A stretch of 63,326 nt of DNA, counting the filler, from Octopus bimaculoides (Eukaryota), in NCBI RefSeq assembly GCF_001194135.2. It is 8 parts of 8 records of this genome, joined end to end, with 100 filler letters (N's around TTAATTAATTAA, not from the genome) between each part and the next. Parts side by side here need not be neighbours in the genome. Positions count along the whole stretch, not along the records: positions 45,769 to 57,610 come from NC_068987.1; positions 57,711 to 59,691 come from NC_068981.1; positions 59,792 to 61,457 come from NW_026305829.1; positions 61,558 to 63,326 come from NC_068998.1; 4 more parts are not named here. One strand, given 5' to 3'. Of this stretch, positions 51,632 to 63,326 are shown piece after piece. The position numbers and the translations under genes are program-made. The notes below the pieces were generated by a model. The model saw nothing but the letters and a program-made list of their open reading frames with translations, made no database searches and was not told where the DNA came from. The first letter of the stretch is position 1, and each line of letters begins with the position of its first letter.

Positions 51632-51838
51632 TTTTCTCTTTCTCTTTTTAATCGGTCTTCTACTTCGTAGCAAGGTCGTGAGGGAAAGCATCTCGTTTTA
51701 AACATCATCCTTCATATCTTAAGAAGGTCTTGCAGACTTTAATGATCCCAGATTTCGTGATCATTTGTAGCGTATGAATTAAGGATTTGTATTCTCTCCC
51801 GCAAAATCCCAAGTTTAGCCATACTTTGTTCCAGACAA
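51632..51838 (-). mobile_element. R4/Dong-type LINE 3' end (second subfamily)
   Basis: ORF end IIKVCKTFLRY. Similar to 52890-53090 and flanked by (ATGT)n on both sides. Confidence 0.7.
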
Positions 51839-52537
51839 GTATGTATGTATGTATGTATGTATGTATGTATGTATGTATGTACGTATGTATGTATGTACGT
51901 ATGTATGTGTGTGTGTGTGTAAGTGTATGTGTATATACTCACGTACTACATACATGCGTATATACGTATGAACGTATATAGGCATATGTGTATGTATGTG
52001 TATATTAATAAATGCATGCGTGTGTGTGTGTGTCTTTCGATTTTATAAGCAGATGTTCAGCCGAAAAATCAGGACAGAAGAGTTTTAGGTTTCGAGGTAG
52101 TTTTTCGAATTTTACTTACTGGGGTTTCGTTGAACCGAGACCATGACATTTATTTACCTAAGCTTCTATAGAATGGGATCGAACCCAGAATCACATAATT
52201 ATGAAACGAACATTTTATCCATGCTTCCATGCCGTGATCGTATGTAAGTTAGCGTGTCAAGTGACAGCGTGTGACGACTAAGAAATTATCCCCTCAAACA
52301 GTATTTCTGAGACTATCTGACCTAAGAAAACTCTTGAAATACACCCTATGGTTCACGTTACACCTAGAGAAATTATTGTTAAAAAAAAATCTTTCACTTG
52401 GACTACGACCTTACTGGATCACCACCTTGAAGAGTTTTTGTCGACCACATCACCACCAATACCTATATATATATTTTTAAGTCTGGTACTTTTTCTACCG
52501 GTTTCTATTGTACAACCGCTAACCAACACCGTTTGGT

Positions 52538-52620
52538 TTGTTGTTGATGCTGTTGTTGATGTTGTTGTTGTTGTTGTTGTGGTGGTGGTGGTGGTGGTGG
52601 TGGTGCTGCTGCTGCTGGTG
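52538..52620. repeat. (GTT)n-(GGT)n-(GCT)n compound triplet repeat
   Basis: Direct reading. Confidence 0.9.
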
Positions 52621-52889
52621 TTAGTCTGCGGTAGCGAAAATCTATTTAGTTCATGGTTTGTGAGTTTGAGTAAGTTTGTATTATGCCATAAAAAGAGAAG
52701 TTTCATATTTAGGTGACTGCTTTTTTTTTTTTTTTTTTTTTTTTTTTTGTCTGCGAGGGATAAACAATTATCTTTTTATCTGTGTCAGATGAACGCGTAA
52801 CTGTGAAATATTAGCCGCTTGCATCACTGGTGGTGGTGGTGGTGGTGGTGCACAAACACAGACAAAAACTCACATCTGTATGTATGTAT

Positions 52890-53430
52890 GTTTTTCTCTT
52901 ACTCTTTTTAATTTAGAATAAATTAAGATCAGCCACTTAGTTAAAAGCAAGTTTGTGAAGGAAAGCATCTTGATTTAACCATCAACTTTAAATCCTAAAT
53001 AGGGTCTTGCAGATAATATCGTGATCATTTGTAGCGTATGAATTAAGGATCTGCATTCTCTGCCTAAGATCCTAAGTTTGCTCCAGACGCATTGGTATGC
53101 ATCTTGTTGCTCCAAATAACAATAGGTATGAAACTGAAAGGGAAATTTGGGTACTGGATTTGCAAACTCCTTATTAATGGTCCATAGATATCCTCTTTCT
53201 CATGTATTTTTTAAAACTACATTGGTGTCGATGAGGAAGTGGATTTTCACAACAGAACATATTTTCTCCTTGTGGTCTCACGCAACAATATCTGGCTGGT
53301 TGAGTTTTTACTTGGTGGGTGTTTTAATTTTTAAGCTCCACCAATAATCCTTTGACTCATTATGGTTTCAATATGGTCAACTTCGTCTGTAGGTGTTTTC
53401 TCTTTTGTTACCTTGTTTCAGACTGTTCTG
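52890..53430 (-). mobile_element. R4/Dong-type LINE REL domain and 3' end
   Basis: KDYWWSLKIKT...NQPDIVA*D...EKEDIYGPLIRSLQIQYPNFPFSFIPIVI remnants. (ATGT)n on both flanks. Confidence 0.8.
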
Positions 53431-53758
53431 GTACGTATGTATGAATGTATGAATGTATGTATGTATGTATGTATGTATGTATGTATGTATGTATGTATGT
53501 TTGTCTAGGGCCTTTCTAAAGCTCTAGAAGGGCNNNNNNNNNNNNNNNNNNNNNNNNNNNNNNNNNNNNNNNNNNNNNNNNNNNNNNNNNNNNNNNNNNN
53601 NNNNNNNNNNNNNNNNNNNNNNNNNNNNNNNNNNNNNNNNNNNNNNNNNNNNNNNNNNNNNNNNNNNNNNNNNNNNNNNNNNNNNNNNNNNNNNNNNNNN
53701 NNNNNNNNNNNNNNNNNNNNNNNNNNNNNNNNNNNNNNNNNNNNNNNNNNNNNNNNNN

Positions 53759-53821
<63 letters not shown>

Positions 53822-53824
53822 TAT

Positions 53825-53975
53825 GATGGGTTTCCACACAGTTTCCATCTACCAAATTTATGCACAAGACTTTGGTTGACCCGGCGTCATATTAGAAAAT
53901 GCTTGTCCAAGGTGCCCGTAGTGAGTCCTGAATCCAAAACCACGTGATTGCAAAGTGAGTTTCTTAATCACACAA
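53825..53975 (-). mobile_element. SINE type A-related 5' half
   Basis: cagtttccatctaccaaatt core in reverse, plus a head remnant. Confidence 0.65.
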
Positions 53976-54034
53976 CCTGTTATGCCCCTTTATTAACTAT
54001 TTTGTTTCTCTTTGATAATATTATATAGGAGATT

Positions 54035-54250
54035 AAGGCGGCCAGTTACAAGAATCGTTAGGACACCGGACAAAATGCTTATTGGCATTTTGTCTGTCTT
54101 TACATTCCGGGTTCAAATTCCGTCGAAATCGACTTTGCCTTTCATCCTCCCAAGGTTGATAAAATAAATACCTTTTGAACATTGGGGTCGATGTAATCAA
54201 CTTAACCCCTCCCCCGAAATTGCTGGCCTTATGTCAAAATTTGAAACCAA
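54035..54250 (+). mobile_element. SINE type B (another decayed copy at 55008-55200)
   Basis: gggttcaaattccgtcgaaatcgactttgcctttcatcc. Confidence 0.8.
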
Positions 54251-54513
54251 TATTCTATAGGAGATTAAGCAAATCACAGAACTTTCTTTGAAAGACTTAT
54301 CAGTGCTAAATCCACCACGCGCCATAAAAAAAGTATTAGGAAATTTCATTTTAATCATGATCTTGTTTGGGCCAAAATCTCCTACGATATCTTACTAAGA
54401 AGTTGCATTCTCTCTAGGATCTTCTTACTATTTACATATGCCAGGGTTTCGAATACGCCGTACGTGATCATAAATTTATGAGTTTAGAATTGAACTCTCT
54501 CTCTTTCTCTCTT

Positions 54514-54567
<54 letters not shown>

Positions 54568-54606
54568 TCTCCATTCTCCCTCTCTTTCTCACTTTCACTT
54601 TCACTT

Positions 54607-54885
54607 TCACTCCGTCATTTACGACGACAAGTGTTCCAGTAGATCCGATCAACGGAACAGCCTACTCGTGAAATGAATGTGCAAGTGGCTGAACGATAAC
54701 GTATCCTTAACGTAGTTTTCAGAGCAATTCAGCGTGACAGGTACAACTCATTTTTGTCAGCTGAGTGAACTGGAGCAACGTGAAAAAAAGTGTCTTGCTC
54801 AAGGACACCACACACCGCTGGTAATCGAACTCACGATTTTACAATCGCGAGCCGAATACCCTAACCACTAAGCCACGCGCCTTCA
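54607..54885 (-). mobile_element. SINE type D: tRNA head, gtgtccttgagcaagacac core and a type C-like tail
   Basis: The tail matches type C while the central region differs. Confidence 0.75.
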
Positions 54886-56553
54886 CTCCATTCCCTCTCC
54901 CTCTCTCTCTTTCTCTCACTCACACTCAGACACACGCACGCACAAACACGCGCGCACGCGCGTACTCAAGGTCAAAAATATGTTTGCATATAATTAACCA
55001 GTTGGTTTAGGCGGCGAGCTAGTAGAATCGTTAGCGCATCGGACAAAATACTTAGCGACATTTCTTCCGACTGTTTATGTTTTGAGATCAAATCCCGACG
55101 GAGTCAACTTTGTCTTTCATCTTTCAGGGTCTATAAAATAAAATACTAGTCAAATACTGAAGTCGATGTAATCGAACGTTTCCCTCACTCTAAAACTGTT
55201 GTCTTTGAGCCAAAATCCGAAACAATATAAAGCTTCTTGTGACATCCTACGGAAGAGTAGGGTTCCGGTTCACCCCTGTCGGAAAACGCTTCTCTGCTAA
55301 AACAGTAGAACACAACGTGAACAAGTGGATTCAATGTATTTGTCAACGCGTGCTTTCTCGCAGACAAAAAAGTTCTCATGTTCGGCTTGTTACGATTGAA
55401 ACAGGCATGAATGTGTCTGTGGCTTACAATTGGTTAAAATTACCCAAAATGTTCAAACTTTAATAGCTAATAACTCTTTATTATTAATTTATAGGGAAAA
55501 ATGTTTTCATGGTATTGATTAGCCAATAAAAGTATTTCATTATACTAAATAGGAAATCAATTCGAACAGAAACTGAAATTGGTAGCCAAACAGAAAAGAT
55601 CCTTTCGCTAATATTTGATTTGTTTACAACACGTGCTGTCACGCAGAAAATGAGAGCTTCCAAATCTTGTTTTCTGATTGGGGAAAAATGATAAAACTTT
55701 AAACCTCTGTAACTTTTTTTTTTTTTAAATTTCTGGCAAAAGTGAATTATCTCCTAAGATTCAGCGTGGAAAATTACACTGATCCACCAAATTTTAAAAT
55801 TTTCTCTAAACTTTGAAATTTCCATAAGAGCAACCAAACATTACTCCCACTGTTTATAGAAGACTAAGAGTAAAAGATGTTTTATATGACACATTCTACC
55901 NNNNNNNNNNNNNNNNNNNNNNNNNNNNNNNNNNNNNNNNNNNNNNNNNNNNNNNNNNNNNNNNNNNNNNNNNNNNNNNNNNNNNNNNNNNNNNNNNNNN
56001 NNNNNNNNNNNNNNNNNNNNNNNNNNNNNNNNNNNNNNNNNNNNNNNNNNNNNNNNNNNNNNNNNNNNNNNNNNNNNNNNNNNNNNNNNNNNNNNNNNNN
56101 NNNNNNNNNNNNNNNNNNNNNNNNNNNNNNNNNNNNNNNNNNNNNNNNNNNNNNNNNNNNNNNNNNNNNNNNNNNNNNNNNNNNNNNNNNNNNNNNNNNN
56201 NNNNNNNNNNNNNNNNNNNNNNNNNNNNNNNNNNNNNNNNNNNNNNNNNNNNNNNNNNNNNNNNNNNNNNNNNNNNNNNNNNNNNNNNNNNNNNNNNNNN
56301 NNNNNNNNNNNNNNNNNNNNNNNNNNNNNNNNNNNNNNNNNNNNNNNNNNNNNNNNNNNNNNNNNNNNNNNNNNNNNNNNNNNNNNNNNNNNNNNNNNNN
56401 NNNNNNNNNNNNNNNNNNNNNNNNNNNNNNNNNNNNNNNNNNNNNNNNNNNNNNNNNNNNNNNNNNNNNNNNNNNNNNNNNNNNNNNNNNNNNNNNNNNN
56501 NNNNNNNNNNNNNNNNNNNNNNNNNNNNNNNNNNNCTCCTCCTCCTCCTCCTC

Positions 56554-56593
<40 letters not shown>

Positions 56594-57931
56594 ATTCCGT
56601 ATGAATATATAAAACTAATAAGGTCACCGTAGTTCTCTCTGTAAAATAGAATACTTATAAACTGTTAATATTATACAAAAAAGAACAGTTTCAGGAACGC
56701 CCAAAAATCACAATATTTTTAATACAAATTCCCCAAATGCCGATTTGGTTTTTGAGTCTTAGGTCGGTGTAATGTTAGCAGTTGGAAATCGCGAAATATG
56801 TCATATAAATAAATAGGTTTTGTTTTTATTTGTCAATGAGTGGATTTAACATAATACATTAGTACACAGCTGAATTTAATATTTTAGCAATTCTTCAATA
56901 ACATAAAAAGCAACAAGTATTGCTTCAATTCTTCTGGAAATTTTGCCATGACACACATTACCATTGCCTAACAGCATATATATATATTTGGATCTTATAC
57001 TGTTTAACAAGATTCGGTCTTTTAGGATAGCTGGCAGGCTGGAGTATAACTTTAAAGGGATTTTTAATCGATTACTTCGATTCCAGTACAATCTAATGGT
57101 ATTTATTTTATCGAAATCATAAAGTAAGAAGGCAAAAATCAACCAACGCAAAAAAGAGAATTAACTTAAATCATAATGAAATGCCATGTCGTATATTTTT
57201 TTTTTTATCAACAGACAAATCCTGGTATCCGTCACCGAACATAACAAACGGAAACCATCAAAATACAACATGCAGGAAAATGGACGATAGCACGACAAAC
57301 GGCAATCAGGACAAAAACAAGATACATGGATCTTTCGCCTCTAGCTAGCTATGTGACACACAAATCTGTGTCCATTATAACCTTCGAACAGGGAAGGTCA
57401 GCCGCTTCCCCTTGCTGGTCTGGCATCTACAGACTAGTTTCGAGGTATTGCCTCTTATCAATGTAGAGCAGCCGAACCCAGCAGAAATGTTTGAAATGCA
57501 AATATATGAATGGAAATTAAGTTTAATTTGTAGCCGAAATAGTACTGAATCTTTTGTTACCCTATACGTCAAAATCTGTAACTCGGTTTTGGAATGCATA
57601 AGGGATATATNNNNNNNNNNNNNNNNNNNNNNNNNNNNNNNNNNNNNNNNNNNNTTAATTAATTAANNNNNNNNNNNNNNNNNNNNNNNNNNNNNNNNNN
57701 NNNNNNNNNNATATAATTTTAATTATATATAAAGGGCATTAACTGTGTATTAATGCCTCACGCTATCGAGGGACTAAATAAGTAAAAAAACTACCAAAAA
57801 TAAGCAACATATAAAGAATTTATCCTATATTATATTATATATATATATAGATAGATAGACAGTTAGACGGAAAGACAAGCAGACAAACAGACAGACAGAC
57901 AGGTAGACAGACAGACAAACAGGCAGACAGT

Positions 57932-57978
<47 letters not shown>

Positions 57979-58902
57979 ACAAATATATATGTATATAAAT
58001 GAAGAAAGGGAAAGTGGGAAAAAAAAGATACAGAGAGACAATAAAGGGAAGGCTGAGGCAGAAGGAGAAAACACCAACAACACAATGCAATGGAGTGGCC
58101 ATTAACGCAGTAACAACGGAGCTGAATCAATGAATACCCTAGTATGTACGTATGGTGAGTGCTTGTTGTGTGTATGGGTGCGCGTACATGTGTATATGTG
58201 TGCGTGTATGAGAACAACATCAAGGCATAATATAAATCAAGTGTTTGGTGAAGTAGTATCATTGTCAATCGCATGAATCGTTTACATCCAATATTTTAAT
58301 ATATGTTTAAGGATTCATGTTTTTGTCGTTCTCAGTTTTCCATTTCAATCTTACATTGTTCGTTCCTTTTGCGTAGCATGTAATTCATAGTTTTGTTTAA
58401 TTAAAAACACTCAAATATCCAGTTACACGTTTCTACAAGGATAATTTTACACAAACAATCACGTTTATATAATTTCTCATATTCATACATGCATACATAC
58501 ATAGAAATATGTATGCATGTGTATATGTACGCGCGTAAAAATACACAGGCTCTGATAAATATACACTCACATACACAAATACGGACATACACACGCAAAC
58601 ACACACATGGATACATACAGACCTTGTTCTAACAAGGGAACAGGTTAGAACAGTTTGGCTAAGAAGTCTAAATCAGTTTATATGTGTGTATCTATGTGTG
58701 TGTATGTGTATATGTGTGTGTGACTGTGTCTGTGTGCGTGTGAGTATGTGTATGCATGCGTACATACATACATACATACATACATACATACATACATACA
58801 TGCATACATACATACATACATGCATGCATGCATGCATGCATACATACATGCAAACATACATACATAATGTATGTATAGATAATTTCTGGGTTGAGAACGC
58901 CT

Positions 58903-58956
58903 GTTGAGGTAGATACACATGTTGAGGTAGATACACATGTTGAGGAAGAAACACAT
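58903..58956. repeat. 18-bp tandem repeat x3
   Basis: gttgaggtagatacacat x2 plus gttgaggaagaaacacat. Confidence 0.9.
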
Positions 58957-59519
58957 GTCGTCTTGCCTGTAGATAATCGGACTGCCATTCCTTTAATGGC
59001 GTCTTACATTTGAATGTTCTTGACTCACTAGATTATCTCCCATTGTCGTTTGGATTTGGTATCGACTGCCATCAAACGATTGGTTTGTCTTCCCGGAAAG
59101 CGGAGATAATTCAAATAAGCCAAAACATTTTCTTGTATGATTATAATATAGCCGTATTCTTTTTATATATGCTTTGTTGCAGTTCTTATATATGCACGCA
59201 CACATAATTTCAATAAACCAAGATTTTTTTCTTTTTTTATGATATATAATATAGCTGTTTAAATATATGCCACTAGCGCTCTGACTTATTTCCCTTTGCT
59301 GATTTTCGTTTCAGTTATAAACATACTTAGATATATTTAAACCTCTACATGTGTGAGTCGCTTCAGAGTGCAATGATCGAGATATCAAAGTACCAGAGAA
59401 TGGGCGATCTTCAATGCCTAGTACAGACTAAAGACTGGAAGTTTGAATAAATGTTTTCCATTTAGCTTCATGCAATTGAGTACAATAGTTTTCTTGATTG
59501 ATAATGCAAATTCTCTCTC

Positions 59520-59680
59520 TTTTCTTTTATTCTTTTAGTTGTTTCAGCCATTTCATTGCGGCCACGCTGGAGCACCACATTAAAGGATTTTAGTCGAAGA
59601 AATCCACCCCAAAACTTATTCTTTGTAAGTCTAGTAATTATTCTATCGACTTTATTGCCAAACTGCAAACTTACAAACAC
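59520..59680 (-). mobile_element. SINE type A, 3' half
   Basis: Reverse complement of the tail. Confidence 0.75.
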
Positions 59681-59792
59681 ACACACACACANNNNNNNNN
59701 NNNNNNNNNNNNNNNNNNNNNNNNNNNNNNNNNNNTTAATTAATTAANNNNNNNNNNNNNNNNNNNNNNNNNNNNNNNNNNNNNNNNNNNNA

Positions 59793-61457
59793 ATGAAAGT
59801 ACGTACGAATGAATGAAAGTAGGTATGTACGAACGATCGAAGTAAGAAAGAACGATCGAACGAACGAAATAAAGAACGTACTAACGAACGAACGTAATTA
59901 CGTACGTACGAACGAACGAAAGAACGTACGAAAGAATGAACGAACAATTGAACGAAAGAATGTACGTACGTACGAAATAACGAACGAACGAAGAAACGTC
60001 CGTACGTACGTGTGAAGGAACGAACGAACAAACGAACGAACGAACGAATGATCGTATGTACGTACGGACAAACAAAACAAACGAACGAACGAAAGAACGA
60101 ACGAACGAACGAAAGAACGAACGAACGAACGATCGAATGAAACAAACAAACGAATAATCGAACGAGCGAAAGTACGAACGAAGTAACGAAAGAATGGACG
60201 AACGAACGAACGAGACAACGATCGAGCAAACGAAAGAACGTATGTACGAACAAACGAATGAACGAATGAACAAACAAATGTACGTACGTAGGAACGAACG
60301 CATGTGCAAACGACAGAAAGATCGAACGAAAAAACAAACGAACGTACGTACGAACGAACGAACGAACGAACGTACGTACATACATCCGTACGTAGGAACG
60401 ATCGAATGAGCGAACGAACGTACGTACATACGAAGGAAAGACCTAACGTACGTCCGTACGTACTAACGAACGAAATTAAGGAACGAACGAACAAACGAAC
60501 GAAAGAACGATTGAACGTATGTACGTACATACGTAAGAATGAACGCACGAACGAGCTTAAGTACGTACGAATGAATGAACATACGTACGTACGAACGATC
60601 GAACGAACGAACGAAGGAAAGAACGAAGTAACGAATGAACGTACGTACTAACGTACGTAAGAACGAACGAACGATAGAGCGAACGAACGAAGGTACGTAC
60701 GTACGTAAGTACGAACGAATGATCGAACGAACGAAAGATAGAACATAAAAACGAACGAACGTAATTACGTACGTACGAACGAATGTACGTATATAAGTAC
60801 CTACGTATATAAGTACCTACGTAAGAACGAAGGAACGAACAAACAAATGAACGATCGAACTAACGAACGAACGAAAGAATTAACCAACGAACGATTGAAC
60901 GAAAGAAGGAACGAACGATCGAACAAACGAATTAACAAACAAATGTAGGTCGATACGTACGAACGAACGAACGAACAAGCGTACGTTCGACGGAACAAAC
61001 GAACGAACGTACGTAGGAACGAACGAACGATTGAACGAACGAACGAAGAAACGAAAGAACGAAATAAAGTACGTACGTACGAACGAACGAGCGAGCGAAA
61101 GATTGAAAGAACGAATGTACATACGAAAAAAACCAAACGAACTAAGAAATGAACGCACGTATGTACGAACGAACAAATGAACGAAAGAACGATCGAACGT
61201 AGGTATGTATGTACGTCCGAATGAGCGTACGTACGTAGGTACATATGTACGTACGAACGAACGAACAAAGTAACGAACGTACGCGCGTACGTACAGACGT
61301 ACGTACGTACATTCGGTCATTCTTATGCACTTACGTTCGTTCGTTCTTTCTTTCGTTCATTCGGTCGTATTTAGTAACGTACGTACGTTCGTTTGTTGGA
61401 TCGTTCCTACATACTCACTTATGAACGTACGTACGTTAATTCATTCGTACGTACTAC
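59793..61457. repeat. Degenerate CpG-rich (ACGA)n/(ACGT)n satellite
   Basis: About 1.7 kb built almost entirely from aacg/acgt/gaaa units, bounded by gaps. Confidence 0.95.
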
Positions 61458-61631
61458 NNNNNNNNNNNNNNNNNNNNNNNNNNNNNNNNNNNNNNNNNNN
61501 NTTAATTAATTAANNNNNNNNNNNNNNNNNNNNNNNNNNNNNNNNNNNNNNNNNNNNTATTTCACTGTGTAACACGATTTTTTTCTTGCGTAGCGACTGT
61601 TATTTCCAATTTGCTTACCCCTAGAAAGCAT

Positions 61632-62301
61632 GGAGGCGCAATGGCCCAATTGTTAGGGCAGCGGCTCGCGGTCATAGGATCGCGGTTTCGTTTCCCAGAC
61701 CGGGTGTTGTGAGTGTTTATTGAGCGAGAACACCTAAAGCTCCACGAGGCTCCGGCAGGGGATGGTGGCGAACCCTGCTGTACTCTTTCACTACAACTTT
61801 CTCCCACTCTTACTTCCTATTTCTGTTGTGCCTGTAATTCAAAGGGTCAGCCTTGTCACGCTGAATATCCCCGAGAACTACGTTAAGGGTACAAGTGTGT
61901 TATTTCTTTACTACGCACAAGCGGCTATACACACAGTGGACAAGCAAGGACAGACAAACGGATTAAGTCGATTATACCGACCCCAGTGCGTAACTGGTAC
62001 TTATTTAATCGACCCCGAAAGGATGAAAGGCAAAGTCGACCTCGGCGGAATTTGAACTCAGAACGTANNNNNNNNNNTTAATCGACCCCGAAAGGATGAA
62101 AGGCAAAGTCGACCTCGGCGGAATTTGAACTCAGAACGTAGCGGCAGACGAAATACCGCTAAGCATTTCGCCCGGCGTGCTAACCTTTCTGCCAGCTCGC
62201 CGCCTTGGTACAAGTATGTGTGTGGAGTGCTCAACCACTTGCACGTTAATTTCACGAGCAGGCTGTTCCGTTGATCGGACCAACTGGAATCCTCGACAAC
62301 A
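61632..62301 (+). mobile_element. SINE type C interrupted by a minus-strand SINE type B (61901-62206)
   Basis: Outer 18-bp TSD at 61617-61634 and 62302-62319. Inner 13-bp TSD at 61888-61900 and 62207-62219. Confidence 0.9.
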
Positions 62302-62552
62302 ACCCCTAGAAAGCATGGAAAATGAATAATATTTCCTTCAAAGTACTAATGAATATGTTCAAGCGATTAAGGTCAAGTAAATCTGTGGTATTGAGCAGAA
62401 TATTTGTAAAAGCGAGATTTCTGCTTTATTAGTTACCTCCTTCGACTTCTAGATAGAAGCGAAGAGGAAATAACATTTATTGACAAAGAAAAAAAAAAAA
62501 CCCGTTAGTATTTGCGCGCGCGTTTGTCTGTATACATCTCTCTCACTTTCTA

Positions 62553-62584
<32 letters not shown>

Positions 62585-62920
62585 CATGTATAAAAGAGAC
62601 CACTAAAGTGGACTGTTAATATGCTAGAAAAAGATCACTTAAATTCTACATACCTACATCTACATGTATATATAGATGCATATTTGGGTACAGGACGTCA
62701 AAAAAAAAACAACAAAAAGACGTGGTCAAAATGAAAAATAGAACATAAACAGAGTACAGAAAACAGACAGACCACATATATATTAGGAGGTTTGGAGGTG
62801 ATGTACAGATATTATATATTAGAAAAAGTAAGGTATTCAGAGATCTGGATGGTTGTAAACATACAAATATATGTACATCCAGACCTCTGAATACCTTATA
62901 TATAAATATAAATATATATA

Positions 62921-63326
62921 CAATGTTAATTCTCTATATGAAGTATTAACAGTAACTGCACGATAAAGTGTAGTATATTGCCACTTAAGTGTGGCTGACC
63001 CCTAGGGGTGGATGTTACTGTTGCTTTTAGCCCCAGGAGGACATCTCCTCCAGCTGGCTTATCGACACACGACTGTGTCCTGTTTGCCAAGGGAGTTATC
63101 CCTCTCACCTCGACCAGCAGCACGAACGTATCCGGATTTCAGGGTTATTTCCCTTCGTCGGCGTTCGACAGCTGATGACCTTGGTGAGAGAGACAAATCT
63201 GGCAAACCTTATATCTTCTTTTCCAGTGACATTCTTCACTGATATTGAAAAGGTGAAAACAAGCAATGTTAATTCTCTATATGAAGTATTAACAGTAACT
63301 GCACGATAAAGTGTAGTATATTGCCA
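62921..63326. repeat. Direct repeat with a 343-bp period (63 identical bp visible)
   Basis: 62921-62983 is identical to 63264-63326; the second copy runs off the window end. Confidence 0.9.

Noticed and set aside
55240-55700. Possible promoter (CGGAAG, CACGTG and CTGATTGG motifs)
   Set aside because: Short motifs are expected by chance, and no linked first exon was identified.
56876-57350. 91-aa minus ORF and overlapping plus-strand exon-like pieces
   Set aside because: Several mutually incompatible readings, none with recognisable homology.
59744-61513. Many 100-216 aa ORFs rich in FVRS/RTNE
   Set aside because: Translation of a stop-poor tetranucleotide satellite.

Overview
AT-rich, gap-riddled eukaryotic genomic DNA saturated with microsatellites and tRNA-derived SINEs. 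The repeat landscape resembles Octopus/coleoid cephalopod sequence (inference). The only firmly supported gene is a minus-strand, multi-exon, divergent SAFB/SLTM-family RRM gene. Eight exons were traced by hand between 14063 and the stop at 4913, with compatible GT-AG phases. Its 5' end is not found and its last acceptor lies in a gap. A single classic 72-nt LRR exon (14628-14699, minus) sits just upstream across a scaffold join and is phase-compatible with the SAFB-like chain. The rest is mostly mobile DNA: a near-complete decayed DD37E Tc1-like transposon with IR/DR ends, mariner and Tigger-like remnants, RTE and CR1-like LINE fragments, four fragments of a restriction-like-endonuclease (R4/Dong-type) LINE all abutting (TACA)n, Penelope-like pieces with hammerhead-like motifs, about 25 SINEs of four types, and a 1.7-kb CpG-rich ACGA/ACGT satellite. 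Most ORFs in the supplied track are microsatellite or N-gap artefacts. Repeat boundaries were read by eye and are approximate.
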